From a virus (Duplodnaviria; Caudoviricetes): a stretch of 50,160 nucleotides of DNA. Position 1 is the stretch's first letter. Each line of letters opens with the position of its first letter. The translations under genes were made by a program, and so were the position numbers. Below are positions 28,264 to 36,891 of this stretch, one piece after another. Location: positions 1-50,160 of the IMG/VR virus record IMGVR_UViG_3300030099_003747. One strand, given 5' to 3'. The notes beneath the pieces were generated by a model. That model searched no databases. It was not told the origin of the DNA and saw only the letters and a list, made by a program, of their open reading frames with translations.

Positions 28264-30078
28264 TTATGCTTGTGCAACAAGAGCAGGAACAAGCAAGCCA
28301 GCTTCGCGCTCCAATACATCACGAGCACAATCATCAACGAGGTGCTGATGGGCCATGCGTGTGATTGCATTGATTACATCCTGGACACTATCGCCACCGC
28401 CCTGGTCTGCATATGAATCGAACATCATTTGCACAGCAGCATCACGACCAATGCCGGATGCAACCTTGCCTTCGGCAACGAGCTTCTTGATAAGGACTTG
28501 CGATGCATTGTCACTACCAGTTGCGTAGTCATCGGTGTCCTTCGCACTGATTACATCCATTGATGCAGTCTGTCCGAGGATGCCCCAGTCCTGAGCGAAT
28601 CGCTCCATTGCAGGGCGTGCATCTTGCATACCCTTGCGGATGGCCTCCATCTTCTGTTGCATATTGCCCTTGTGGATTGCACGCATGATCTCATTCTTCT
28701 TGGAATGCAGAATGATCATGTTGAGACACTCGTTCCAGAATGCAATGGCGCTACCGTTGATTGAGCCGCCCCCACGGTCGTTCGCCTTGAACCGGAACCC
28801 AACCTCATACAAGTCACCTGCACTGAAGTCCGTCAGGTCTGCCGGAGCATGCATTGTCAGGTCCATTGTGAAGTTTGTAGTCTCCGAGTTGTATTGAATC
28901 TCTGCCTTGTATGGCATGTCATCAACAGCAAGCTGAATCATGTTTGCAACCTTGTCTGCATCGTACTCTTGGTAGCCAGTACCAACGACGCCGAAGATGC
29001 TACGAGCACCGTCGTTCAATCGAGTGCGGAACTTCATGACCTTGTCGTGACTACAATGACGTCGCATGTGCTCATTGAAAACATATGCTCGGACATCTGG
29101 GTCAAGTGACTTCATTGTATGAAAGCCGCGAGGAAACAATGCATCAGCGGAAGACATGTCCTCACCAACACCAAAGCGTGATGCTGCAAGCAGTTGCTTT
29201 AGACCATGCTCCTCCAATCGGAAGCTACCCTGGCTGGTCAACAGCATTCCATCGTCACGCATTTGCAATCCAGACAGCGGAAGGTCAACGCTCATCCGGT
29301 CTTCGCTTTCAATAATGCTCATGAACTGCCTTGCAGCAGTGTATGCATCAGGCTTCTCATCCCAAACAGCACGAGCAGCAGAAAGGTTATCGTAACCAAG
29401 GTCAACCACAGTAGTGCCGCGCTTGTACCCAGCTTTTGTGATTGAGATGTTCTTGGTAGGACGTGACAGACCAAGGTCTGCAAGCCATGCATCATGCTTT
29501 TGCTGACGCTCGACTGCAACCTCACTGACCTCGATTGCATTAACAGTACGCTTATCGCCATGATTGCTTACGCCGTTAGCACCAGAGCCCCAACCGCCTT
29601 GGAATACTGGAGTATCCTCACGAACTTGAGGGTCTTCAGACATTGCAATCTCAAGACGTGACGTGGTTGCATTAGCAATGTCGATGCTGTTCATGTCTTC
29701 AGATAATGAATCCATTGCATCATTTGTCTGCTCATACTGTGACTCCATGTCATCAACGACTTGCTCTGTAACGGGAGGGTCGTCATTGCATACAGCATCC
29801 ATGAAGTCATCGACTGAACTGGTATCAAGCAATGCATCGATGTCATCCATAGACATTGTGCTTACGTCATCTTGCTTTGGCTCATCCTTTGGAATGTGGA
29901 TGGTCTCACTCTTAGCGACCGCCTCTGTAATACATCCATCTGTGCGCAAGCCTTGCCAAAGGCCAGCCCTGTAATCAGTGAAGAATGCAAGCTGCGCTTG
30001 GTCCCTGGCGTCTTCCTTTGTAACGCCGTTGAAGGTTTGTTGAGTGCCGTCGGGTTGTGTGTAGATGAATGAATGCAT
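28264..30078 (-). CDS. DUF932-like protein with long acidic N-terminal extension, 604 aa
   Basis: GFRFKANDRGGGS...ECLNM...IHKG pattern; start reassigned to ATG 30078. Confidence 0.65.
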   Translation of the reverse strand: MHSFIYTQPDGTQQTFNGVTKEDARDQAQLAFFTDYRAGLWQGLRTDGCITEAVAKSETIHIPKDEPKQDDVSTMSMDDIDALLDTSSVDDFMDAVCNDDPPVTEQVVDDMESQYEQTNDAMDSLSEDMNSIDIANATTSRLEIAMSEDPQVREDTPVFQGGWGSGANGVSNHGDKRTVNAIEVSEVAVERQQKHDAWLADLGLSRPTKNISITKAGYKRGTTVVDLGYDNLSAARAVWDEKPDAYTAARQFMSIIESEDRMSVDLPLSGLQMRDDGMLLTSQGSFRLEEHGLKQLLAASRFGVGEDMSSADALFPRGFHTMKSLDPDVRAYVFNEHMRRHCSHDKVMKFRTRLNDGARSIFGVVGTGYQEYDADKVANMIQLAVDDMPYKAEIQYNSETTNFTMDLTMHAPADLTDFSAGDLYEVGFRFKANDRGGGSINGSAIAFWNECLNMIILHSKKNEIMRAIHKGNMQQKMEAIRKGMQDARPAMERFAQDWGILGQTASMDVISAKDTDDYATGSDNASQVLIKKLVAEGKVASGIGRDAAVQMMFDSYADQGGGDSVQDVINAITRMAHQHLVDDCARDVLEREAGLLVPALVAQA

Positions 30079-30133
30079 CGTACTTTCCTGTTGAATGCCG
30101 AGCTTTGAAGACCGGCTGTTGGGTTGAGGAGGG

Positions 30134-30181
30134 TGGGATGTTCCACCTCCCTTCACTTCGTTCAGGGAGTGGAACACCCCA
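30134..30181 (-). promoter_or_regulatory. Conserved 48-nt hairpin element, copy 1
   Basis: Same architecture and loop as 33200..33247, with compensatory stem changes. Confidence 0.7.
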
Positions 30182-30198
30182 TCTCCCCTGGTTTCGGA

Positions 30199-30555
30199 CT
30201 ACTCCTCATACGTGTTCACGTATTTAGCTGTGATTGTATTCTTCATTTGCCATAGAGGTAGCTCGACAAACGAGCCGTCTGGTCTCACTCTCCTGCCCGT
30301 GTCTTCAAAGAATCCACAATCATCAAGAGCCTGCAATAGACCGGGCGACATGTTGTACCAGTTCACAAAGAACTGATCACCATCAATATCAAGTGACGGA
30401 ATGTTCTTGGACACAACTGAGTACGGGAAGCCATCCTCGCCGTGAAGCATTACAGCAAGGCGATTGTTATCCACATATGTTCCGACAGATATAATCAAGT
30501 TCAAGTCATTGAACTGCATGTGACCAATAGGACGTGGTGAGAATCTACTTTCCAT
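30199..30555 (-). CDS. DUF4313-like protein, 118 aa
   Basis: TYVDNNRLAV...PYSVVSKNI...FEDTG...GSFVELP pattern. Confidence 0.6.
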   Translation of the reverse strand: MESRFSPRPIGHMQFNDLNLIISVGTYVDNNRLAVMLHGEDGFPYSVVSKNIPSLDIDGDQFFVNWYNMSPGLLQALDDCGFFEDTGRRVRPDGSFVELPLWQMKNTITAKYVNTYEE

Positions 30556-30745
30556 CGATAAGCTCCATTGCTTTTTCTATTCTTGTAAGGGCACCATCGA
30601 TGTTGCTCCTCACTTGATACTTACGCCAGTCATCCCATCGTTCAGAGCCACATGTTTTACATGCTTTCTTTGTCACTCTGATTGAGTACTTGATGTCTGA
30701 CAACACTGCTCTTGCCATTTCAAGGTCTTCCATTGTGCTTGGCAT
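30545..30745 (-). CDS. Hypothetical protein with CxxC
   Basis: GGAGGTGAGTGATG junction; CKTC. Confidence 0.65.
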   Translation of the reverse strand: MPSTMEDLEMARAVLSDIKYSIRVTKKACKTCGSERWDDWRKYQVRSNIDGALTRIEKAMELIDGK

Positions 30746-31728
30746 CACTCACCTCCCGTCATGTCGTCTTGCCAAAACTTCAGCAGGCTTACTAAAGCAG
30801 CTTCGCGCGTTGCTTTGTCTGCCCTTGGGTAGTGCATTTCGATTACATCGAGATGCTTGTTGGCGTACTTACGATCTTCAATCTCTCTTTCCTTACGCCA
30901 CCGTTCGATTCGCTCTTCACTCTCACGCTTCAGTTGCTCTTCACGCTCAATCTCTTCTTGTGTTGGTGGCTTCGGCCCGACTGGTTTGCGCTTGGTTCGC
31001 TTGCGTTTGAAGCGTGCTTCTGCAATCCTTCGACAGTGAGGGCACACTTTGTAAGTGCCAACCTCTTCAGGCTGTCCCTGATAGGCGGCATCAATAATCA
31101 TATTCAGATCATTCTCGAAGCCCCCTGACCCATTGCCACAAAGCGATGACCAAAGCTCACATCCACCACTTGTTAGGTGTATGGTTTTTACTTTTGTATT
31201 GGAGCGATGTTCTCCAACCCCGATACCTCCGCCCTCTTCAATGTACTGCTCTAAAACTGGGCATGAAATATGAACTTCTTTCAAGGGATCTCTGCATCCC
31301 AACCAAATATCATCGCCATCTTCATTCTTTCCCCAACAGTACCTAAAATGTATAGATCTATATTGACCCTTTTCTGCTGGCGGATGCTCTTTCTCAAGTC
31401 GGGCACGACAATCCTCAAAATCAGATTCTGTCCAACTCATTCGGCTTTGTCTGTATAGTGCGCTTTCTATGCATTCTTGTCGGAACTTTTGTTGTTTGAC
31501 CAAATCCTCTTCACCATCAGACTCAAGCGAAAACCGTACAGTAGTAGCCATCTTGCCATTTACAGGTATAGGGCAAGGGTTTAGCGACATAAGAGCATCA
31601 ACGTCTTCTTGTTTATCTATGTCCTCTGCCCACAATGGGTTGTGTTTGTCCGGGTCAAATCTCGACGGTACGTGTTTCTCAATGCCAAATGCATCAAGCA
31701 CTTCACTTGCATTCGATTCGTAGGTCAT
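30745..31728 (-). CDS. Hypothetical protein, ~327 aa
   Basis: Coupled junction; H/C ligands (LCG...CPHC). Confidence 0.7.
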   Translation of the reverse strand: MTYESNASEVLDAFGIEKHVPSRFDPDKHNPLWAEDIDKQEDVDALMSLNPCPIPVNGKMATTVRFSLESDGEEDLVKQQKFRQECIESALYRQSRMSWTESDFEDCRARLEKEHPPAEKGQYRSIHFRYCWGKNEDGDDIWLGCRDPLKEVHISCPVLEQYIEEGGGIGVGEHRSNTKVKTIHLTSGGCELWSSLCGNGSGGFENDLNMIIDAAYQGQPEEVGTYKVCPHCRRIAEARFKRKRTKRKPVGPKPPTQEEIEREEQLKRESEERIERWRKEREIEDRKYANKHLDVIEMHYPRADKATREAALVSLLKFWQDDMTGGE

Positions 31729-31943
31729 CACTCACCTTCCCTTTCAAGCCATTCATTGAGGCCAACAGTACAAGCCTCCTCGTGTTCTTTGACTGTGAGT
31801 TCAACAGGACTGTCATTGAATGTGTCGATAGCCCACTCAATATCTACAAAGCCGGCGTCCTTGTCGTAGTACCCACACACATTGATTTCCATCTGCTCAT
31901 CGGTTGAATCAATGTCCCTATAGATTGTGTAATAGAAGGTCAT
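31728..31943 (-). CDS. Small acidic hypothetical protein
   Basis: Coupled junction with strong RBS. Confidence 0.65.
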   Translation of the reverse strand: MTFYYTIYRDIDSTDEQMEINVCGYYDKDAGFVDIEWAIDTFNDSPVELTVKEHEEACTVGLNEWLEREGE

Positions 31944-32236
31944 CACTCACCTCCTTGGGCTTTGGCGATTGCTTTACGGGCACACAGTGCTGCCCACATT
32001 TCGCCGGGTTGCGAACGCTGCTCCAAATATGGGAGCAATGTTTCCAGCGCATCCAATAGGTCGGGTGCCGCCGCAATCAGTCGAGCGTTGGCCTTCACCT
32101 CCTCGACAGCCATGTCCCAATCTTCTTCTGCTCTGGATACTACGACGGAATATCCTCGACTCGGCATGTCAACGTGCCAGATGTCCGAGGGGTAGCCTTC
32201 CGACGCTTCCCAAGGTCCAACTGTATGCTTACTCAT
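31943..32236 (-). CDS. Conserved phage protein (KHT.GPW...ANARLIAAAPDLL family), 97 aa
   Basis: Characteristic motif. Confidence 0.8.
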   Translation of the reverse strand: MSKHTVGPWEASEGYPSDIWHVDMPSRGYSVVVSRAEEDWDMAVEEVKANARLIAAAPDLLDALETLLPYLEQRSQPGEMWAALCARKAIAKAQGGE

Positions 32237-32742
32237 ACCTCACCTCCTTGCTTCCAGTCCCACCATTGCGGTGGGTCTGAGTGTTTCCACGTTGCAAAGT
32301 CACACTTCTCCATGTTGTAGAAGTATCGGTATGACTCAACTACGTTGTCTGTCTTGTACTCGTCTGGCATACAGAGAGGATGCGGAGTCTTTCTAAGGCC
32401 AGTAATGAGACTCGTTGCGTCTAATACTTTCAGGCACTCATTGATAATCGACCTGCACTTGTGGTCTTTCTTCTCTGCATTCTTCTTTTGGAATCGCAGC
32501 AAGTACTCATCGCACAGTGCAATCCCGTGGTCATACAACCAAAGCCAGTTGCCAAGCGTCTCCCCCGTCCAGATAGTACAGGGGTGATGCTTGTGGGTTG
32601 ACTTGTATGGGCCAACGCCACCATTGTTATTGATAGCGGTCGATAGCATTTGTGCTGACTCAAGAGCCATCTTTACGACATGCTGATCACAAAGCATTTG
32701 TGCTGCTTTTCGTGGGTGTTCATCAACGACAAAGATGTTCAT
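32233..32742 (-). CDS. Pyrimidine-dimer DNA glycosylase (DenV)-like family protein
   Basis: MNIF...CDQHVVKMALESAQML...YKSTHKHHPCTIW...YRYFY. Confidence 0.75.
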   Translation of the reverse strand: MNIFVVDEHPRKAAQMLCDQHVVKMALESAQMLSTAINNNGGVGPYKSTHKHHPCTIWTGETLGNWLWLYDHGIALCDEYLLRFQKKNAEKKDHKCRSIINECLKVLDATSLITGLRKTPHPLCMPDEYKTDNVVESYRYFYNMEKCDFATWKHSDPPQWWDWKQGGEV

Positions 32743-33152
32743 CACTCACCTCCCTTTGCAGCATCTTCCTTTGCATATTGAAGGCACCTTTCTGCACGGT
32801 CAGAGATGTGCTCAATGAGACGCTTCTTGTATTGAGCATCAGTGAGGCGGGTTGCATTTGTCCACAAACCAATGTGTGCTTTCACCTCTTCGAGTGTGAT
32901 CCTTCTTGCAACCAGATGCCCCTTCTTTGGGTCAAACATTTGAGCAACAGGCTCACTGGCAAAGCGAGCCATCTCATACCGCACGTATACTTTCTCGTAG
33001 TTCTTTGCGGTGATGTCACTGATACCAATGAACCATGTTCCATTGACAAGTGCTTCAGTAGCCTCTTGCAAACGTCTCTGACCATGCTCATCCTTCTCGG
33101 TCCAGCATGCTGTTTTGTAGTTTTTTACTTTCTCAATGTTCCATCGAAACAT
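32742..33152 (-). CDS. Hypothetical protein, 136 aa
   Basis: First gene after hairpin copy 2. Confidence 0.7.
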   Translation of the reverse strand: MFRWNIEKVKNYKTACWTEKDEHGQRRLQEATEALVNGTWFIGISDITAKNYEKVYVRYEMARFASEPVAQMFDPKKGHLVARRITLEEVKAHIGLWTNATRLTDAQYKKRLIEHISDRAERCLQYAKEDAAKGGE

Positions 33153-33199
33153 TTTGTTTTCCCTTGCCGGACTTTGCCGACGGTTTGGTTTTGACGAAG

Positions 33200-33247
33200 T
33201 GGGTCTCTCTATCCCCCTTCACTTCGTTCAGGGGGTAGAGAGCCCCA
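33200..33247 (-). promoter_or_regulatory. Conserved 48-nt hairpin element, copy 2
   Basis: See copy 1. Confidence 0.7.
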
Positions 33248-33257
33248 AGTCTACGGC

Positions 33258-33914
33258 TCAGCCAGCCTGCCTTTTCCAGCCCGCGTAATCCCACCTGCGT
33301 GTAGGGACCGGCTTGATTCCAAGCTTGATACGCCTACGCCTTACAAACTCAGTAGGAACATTGATATCCATAGCAATAGAGTGGTCGCTATCTACGCCCA
33401 GGCGATCAATCACTGATGCTATTGCAGATATTCTGCGTTTGTGTTCTTGACTTTTGTGAGCTGGAATATTGTATTTCTTGCGAAGCTTAGAGATTGCAGA
33501 TGCAGATATGCCAACTGTTCTTGAAAGCTCAGCATCAGATATCTTGCCTAAGTTGTTCAGTATAAACTTAGAGTCATCATCATCCAGTCGATACAATATC
33601 CCAGAGTTTGGCTTTTCTATTTCAAGCGCTGCTCTGTATTGGCGAACACGCTCTCTGGATATTGAGTACTTGTCTGCAATCAAAGAGTCGCTTTTGTTTC
33701 CAAGCATTTCGTACATGCCTGGATACTTTTTACGAAGCGTTCTTCTGCAATGATCTTTGTTATTGCTTGGGCTGCATCGAGGAATACGCAAACGCCTTCT
33801 GATTCTTTGAATGGTGACTGCGCTTACTCCTGCAATAGACGCAAGCTCAGAGTCGTATATCTGCCCAAGCAATGCATAGTGTTCATCTGATAGAACGATT
33901 TTCTTCCTGCCCAT
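33258..33914 (-). CDS. DNA-binding protein with four tandem HTH-like repeats
   Basis: LG..[SY]D..[LI]A....S...[VI]...R..L.I repeated four times. Confidence 0.75.
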   Translation of the reverse strand: MGRKKIVLSDEHYALLGQIYDSELASIAGVSAVTIQRIRRRLRIPRCSPSNNKDHCRRTLRKKYPGMYEMLGNKSDSLIADKYSISRERVRQYRAALEIEKPNSGILYRLDDDDSKFILNNLGKISDAELSRTVGISASAISKLRKKYNIPAHKSQEHKRRISAIASVIDRLGVDSDHSIAMDINVPTEFVRRRRIKLGIKPVPTRRWDYAGWKRQAG

Positions 33915-33921
33915 AGTACCC

Positions 33922-34842
33922 TCACTCTTCATATGCAAGGTCTACTGTACTGTAAGGATCGCTATTTGTCAACCGATTAAGTGTAATACCTCCTGCGGTT
34001 TCAAACTGTATTCCAGTTTCAAAGGAGTCATTTAGCGTTCTTATGTACTGTGATCGGAACAGCCTTTCGATGTCTCCCACCAACTCCCACCGACATGTAT
34101 AGCCCTGGTTCCACCACTGGGGGCAGAGCCTGGACAACAGAGACACCGACTGCTGATAGATAGCCAGTGCTGCCTCTCTTGAAACAATCGGAACACGCAT
34201 TTCAATCATTGCAGCAAGCTCTATTAGTTGAGCAGCTTTGTTTGCTTGTAATGAAAGAACAAGTGCAGTCACTGTAGCGTGACGTATTGTTATTATCCTT
34301 GGGTACAAAAGATCTTTTGTGTCCCAGTTAGAAGAGACACCTCTTGCAAAAGTCTCTGCGGACACCTCATAGCCAAGGCTTGCCGCGTCCAGTATGCGTT
34401 CTTTTACGAGGGCAAGAACTATCTTTCTATACCTTGTGTTGGATTTCTCTATGACATCCAGTTCATTCTTTGGCGACAACCTATCTATGATTGTGCGAGA
34501 TATTGCATTCGCCCACGGGGTCAGGTCTTCTTCTGATAGCCCAAGGTTTGAAGGTACATTGTGTTCAAGCTTTGCACCATCGTACCTCCACAATCGCCCG
34601 TCTCTTCCAAGGAAGATGTCGCGCCTGCCGATACAAACACCAATATAGTAGTTGCTGATACCTACCTGTACGATTCCTACGTTAAGTATTCTCCATCGCA
34701 CACGCTTCCTTTCACGCTGGTAGTACCAACCAAGCGGAATGCCAAGCTTTCTAAGGTCTGTCCTTCCTGCAATAAGTGCCTTTGTAGGAGACACCTCACC
34801 GTTTTTTTTGTTTGACAACTCCTGCCGCCTCCAGGGTTTCAA
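33922..34842 (-). CDS. Hypothetical protein, ~306 aa (start uncertain)
   Basis: Long ORF filling the gap between two regulators. Confidence 0.6.
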   Translation of the reverse strand: MKPWRRQELSNKKNGEVSPTKALIAGRTDLRKLGIPLGWYYQRERKRVRWRILNVGIVQVGISNYYIGVCIGRRDIFLGRDGRLWRYDGAKLEHNVPSNLGLSEEDLTPWANAISRTIIDRLSPKNELDVIEKSNTRYRKIVLALVKERILDAASLGYEVSAETFARGVSSNWDTKDLLYPRIITIRHATVTALVLSLQANKAAQLIELAAMIEMRVPIVSREAALAIYQQSVSLLSRLCPQWWNQGYTCRWELVGDIERLFRSQYIRTLNDSFETGIQFETAGGITLNRLTNSDPYSTVDLAYEE

Positions 34843-35059
34843 TACAATCCCTTAATGAAAACCCAAGAACACAAATGATTTTGATAAGTACATTTAGTGA
34901 TGGTGTTCTTGATCCAGACTCGTAGTAGCACACAGCCGCTGGTGTCACGCCCAGGTGGCTCGCAAGCGTCCGCTGAGACATGCCTGCGTCACGCCTGCGT
35001 TCCCGGATTTTTCGAGAAACCACAAGGCTAAAGCCTTGTGAGACCTGGTCTTTCGACAT
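34796..35059 (-). CDS. XRE-family HTH transcriptional regulator
   Basis: IRERRRDAGMSQRTLASHLGVTPAAVCYYESGSRTPS; AGGAGG RBS. Confidence 0.88.
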   Translation of the reverse strand: MSKDQVSQGFSLVVSRKIRERRRDAGMSQRTLASHLGVTPAAVCYYESGSRTPSLNVLIKIICVLGFSLRDCIETLEAAGVVKQKKR

Positions 35060-35158
35060 CTTGCTTGCCCTCCTGTTCACCGCGAGTTAACCTGCCCTGG
35101 CCGACAGAGCAAGCGGCGAATCGAAACGAACCGAAACTAAGCAGTTGAATAAGGGCTG

Positions 35159-36565
35159 ATGATGAATGACAACTTAAAACCAATGCAAACCGAAAGGCAG
35201 TTACTTGGTACTCTTTTAGTATCTAATGGTTCTAAATTAGTACTAGTTGATGACATACTTAATACTGAGTGTTTCTCTAGTGAGTACCATAAGAATATAT
35301 TTAAATGGGTACAATCTAGAGTAGCTGAAAATAAGTCAGCAGATATGGTATCACTCATTGAAAGTGTAGGTAGTAATACCATTAAACAGTATGGTGGTGC
35401 TGCTTATGTATGTGGTTTGGGTGATGACACAGTAGCTGTTGATGGCATTCTTCGTAAGTATGCTGAACGCATTGAGTCTCACTCAAGACTTCGTCGATTG
35501 CAGCTTGCTGCCAAGATTATCATTGGCAATCTAGAAGAGCTTAGTATGGAGCCGTCGGACATCATAAGTTCCGCCGAGTCTTCTGTATTGGATATCAGTT
35601 CCGACTCTGGCAAAACAAAAGGCATCCTTTCAATGCAAGAGGCTGCGGCAGAGCGCAAAGCATCTTGGCGTAGGATTATGTCTGGTGAAGAGGTCGAGTA
35701 TGTTCCAACAGGGTTTGGTACATTCGACGAACATTATGTTGGGTGGCCGCGTGGTTACATGACAATCATCGGTGGTCGCCCAGAGATTGGTAAGACAATG
35801 TTCTTGGTGTCTGCTGTTCTGCGTGCAGCAATGTCTGGCATTCCACAAGGTGTTCTCTCTATTGAAATGCCAAGGTGGAAGCTTGTAGACAGGATGGCAT
35901 CTATCGTTGCTGGTGTGTCAATCTCAGCTTTGCATGAAAAGAGTGAGGCAGAGGCAGAGCTTGTATTAGATGCAGCCGAGCAACTTGCAAAGGAGCCTAT
36001 CTATATTGACGACAACTCGAATACTGCTGACTCTGTCGAGTCATCTATTCGCAGGATGGTTCGTCAACATGGGTGCAAAGTAATTTGGGTTGACTACTTG
36101 CAGTTGATAAGACCCCCGTCACATCTACCATCAAATCGTAATCGGTCTTGGGAGGTGGACGAGATTAGCGAGACGCTTCGTCGTTGTGCAAAGCAAGAGA
36201 ACGTAGCGATTGTATCTATGATGCAACTGAACCGGGGCACTGAGGAAGTGTATACAGAGGGTCGCAAAGGTGTCCCCAGTTCCCACCACTTCCGTGGTTC
36301 AGACAAGCCATTGCATGACGCTGCTCTTGCTTTTGGCGTATACAGGCAGTTTCAATACAAGAAGCCGAAGAAGCCGATGGGGGATGAGTACACAAACGAG
36401 GAGCTTGCAGCCAGAATGCAACCCTTTGAACTCATCTCACTGAAGAGCCGAGACCACTCAAAGAAGGACGTGGTCCTCTATTCACAGTTGAACGTGCAGC
36501 GTGTGTTCGATGCCTTCGACGACGGCTTTCAGAAGCCAGACTGGACACCACATTTTAGTGCTTGA
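35159..36565 (+). CDS. dnaB: DnaB-like replicative helicase
   Basis: ERQLLG N-domain, Walker A GRPEIGKT, SIEM, VDYLQL, QLNR, RGS. Confidence 0.93.
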   Translation: MMNDNLKPMQTERQLLGTLLVSNGSKLVLVDDILNTECFSSEYHKNIFKWVQSRVAENKSADMVSLIESVGSNTIKQYGGAAYVCGLGDDTVAVDGILRKYAERIESHSRLRRLQLAAKIIIGNLEELSMEPSDIISSAESSVLDISSDSGKTKGILSMQEAAAERKASWRRIMSGEEVEYVPTGFGTFDEHYVGWPRGYMTIIGGRPEIGKTMFLVSAVLRAAMSGIPQGVLSIEMPRWKLVDRMASIVAGVSISALHEKSEAEAELVLDAAEQLAKEPIYIDDNSNTADSVESSIRRMVRQHGCKVIWVDYLQLIRPPSHLPSNRNRSWEVDEISETLRRCAKQENVAIVSMMQLNRGTEEVYTEGRKGVPSSHHFRGSDKPLHDAALAFGVYRQFQYKKPKKPMGDEYTNEELAARMQPFELISLKSRDHSKKDVVLYSQLNVQRVFDAFDDGFQKPDWTPHFSA

Positions 36566-36588
36566 CTATAGGTAACAGTGGGTTAACT

Positions 36589-36891
36589 ATGGGCAGGCAG
36601 AGAAAGCGAACAGAGCTTGACGGAAAATCACTACTTCACAGGTTGAAGCTAGTAGCGGATGCAAGAGGAAAGACACTTACACAAGTCTGTAGCGAAGCAG
36701 GAATCGTAAAGGCAGACATCTACAACATCATTCGTCGGGGTCACCCCCCAACAAAGGTACTCATAGACAGGCTTGTTCGGCCCCAAAGAGTACCGTCGGC
36801 TGTGTTCCTGGGCAGCTTACAAACCTTAGCAATGTTTCTCAAAAAGGAGATCGACAATGGATTGGAACAAACTCACAAAGCCCTTCGATGA
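36589..36891 (+). CDS. Cro/XRE-like HTH protein
   Basis: GKTLTQVCSEAGIVKADIYNII. Confidence 0.6.
   Translation: MGRQRKRTELDGKSLLHRLKLVADARGKTLTQVCSEAGIVKADIYNIIRRGHPPTKVLIDRLVRPQRVPSAVFLGSLQTLAMFLKKEIDNGLEQTHKALR

Noticed and set aside
30134-30181. Hammerhead ribozyme or intrinsic terminator reading of the conserved hairpin
   Set aside because: CTGAACGA is not embedded in a three-stem CUGANGA/GAAA core, and there is no U-tract on either strand
35116-35137. CGAA(T/A/C) short tandem repeat upstream of dnaB
   Set aside because: Too short and degenerate to call an operator without comparative data
36562-36590. Sigma70 promoter starting TTGACT before the HTH gene
   Set aside because: No convincing -10 hexamer at 16-18 nt spacing
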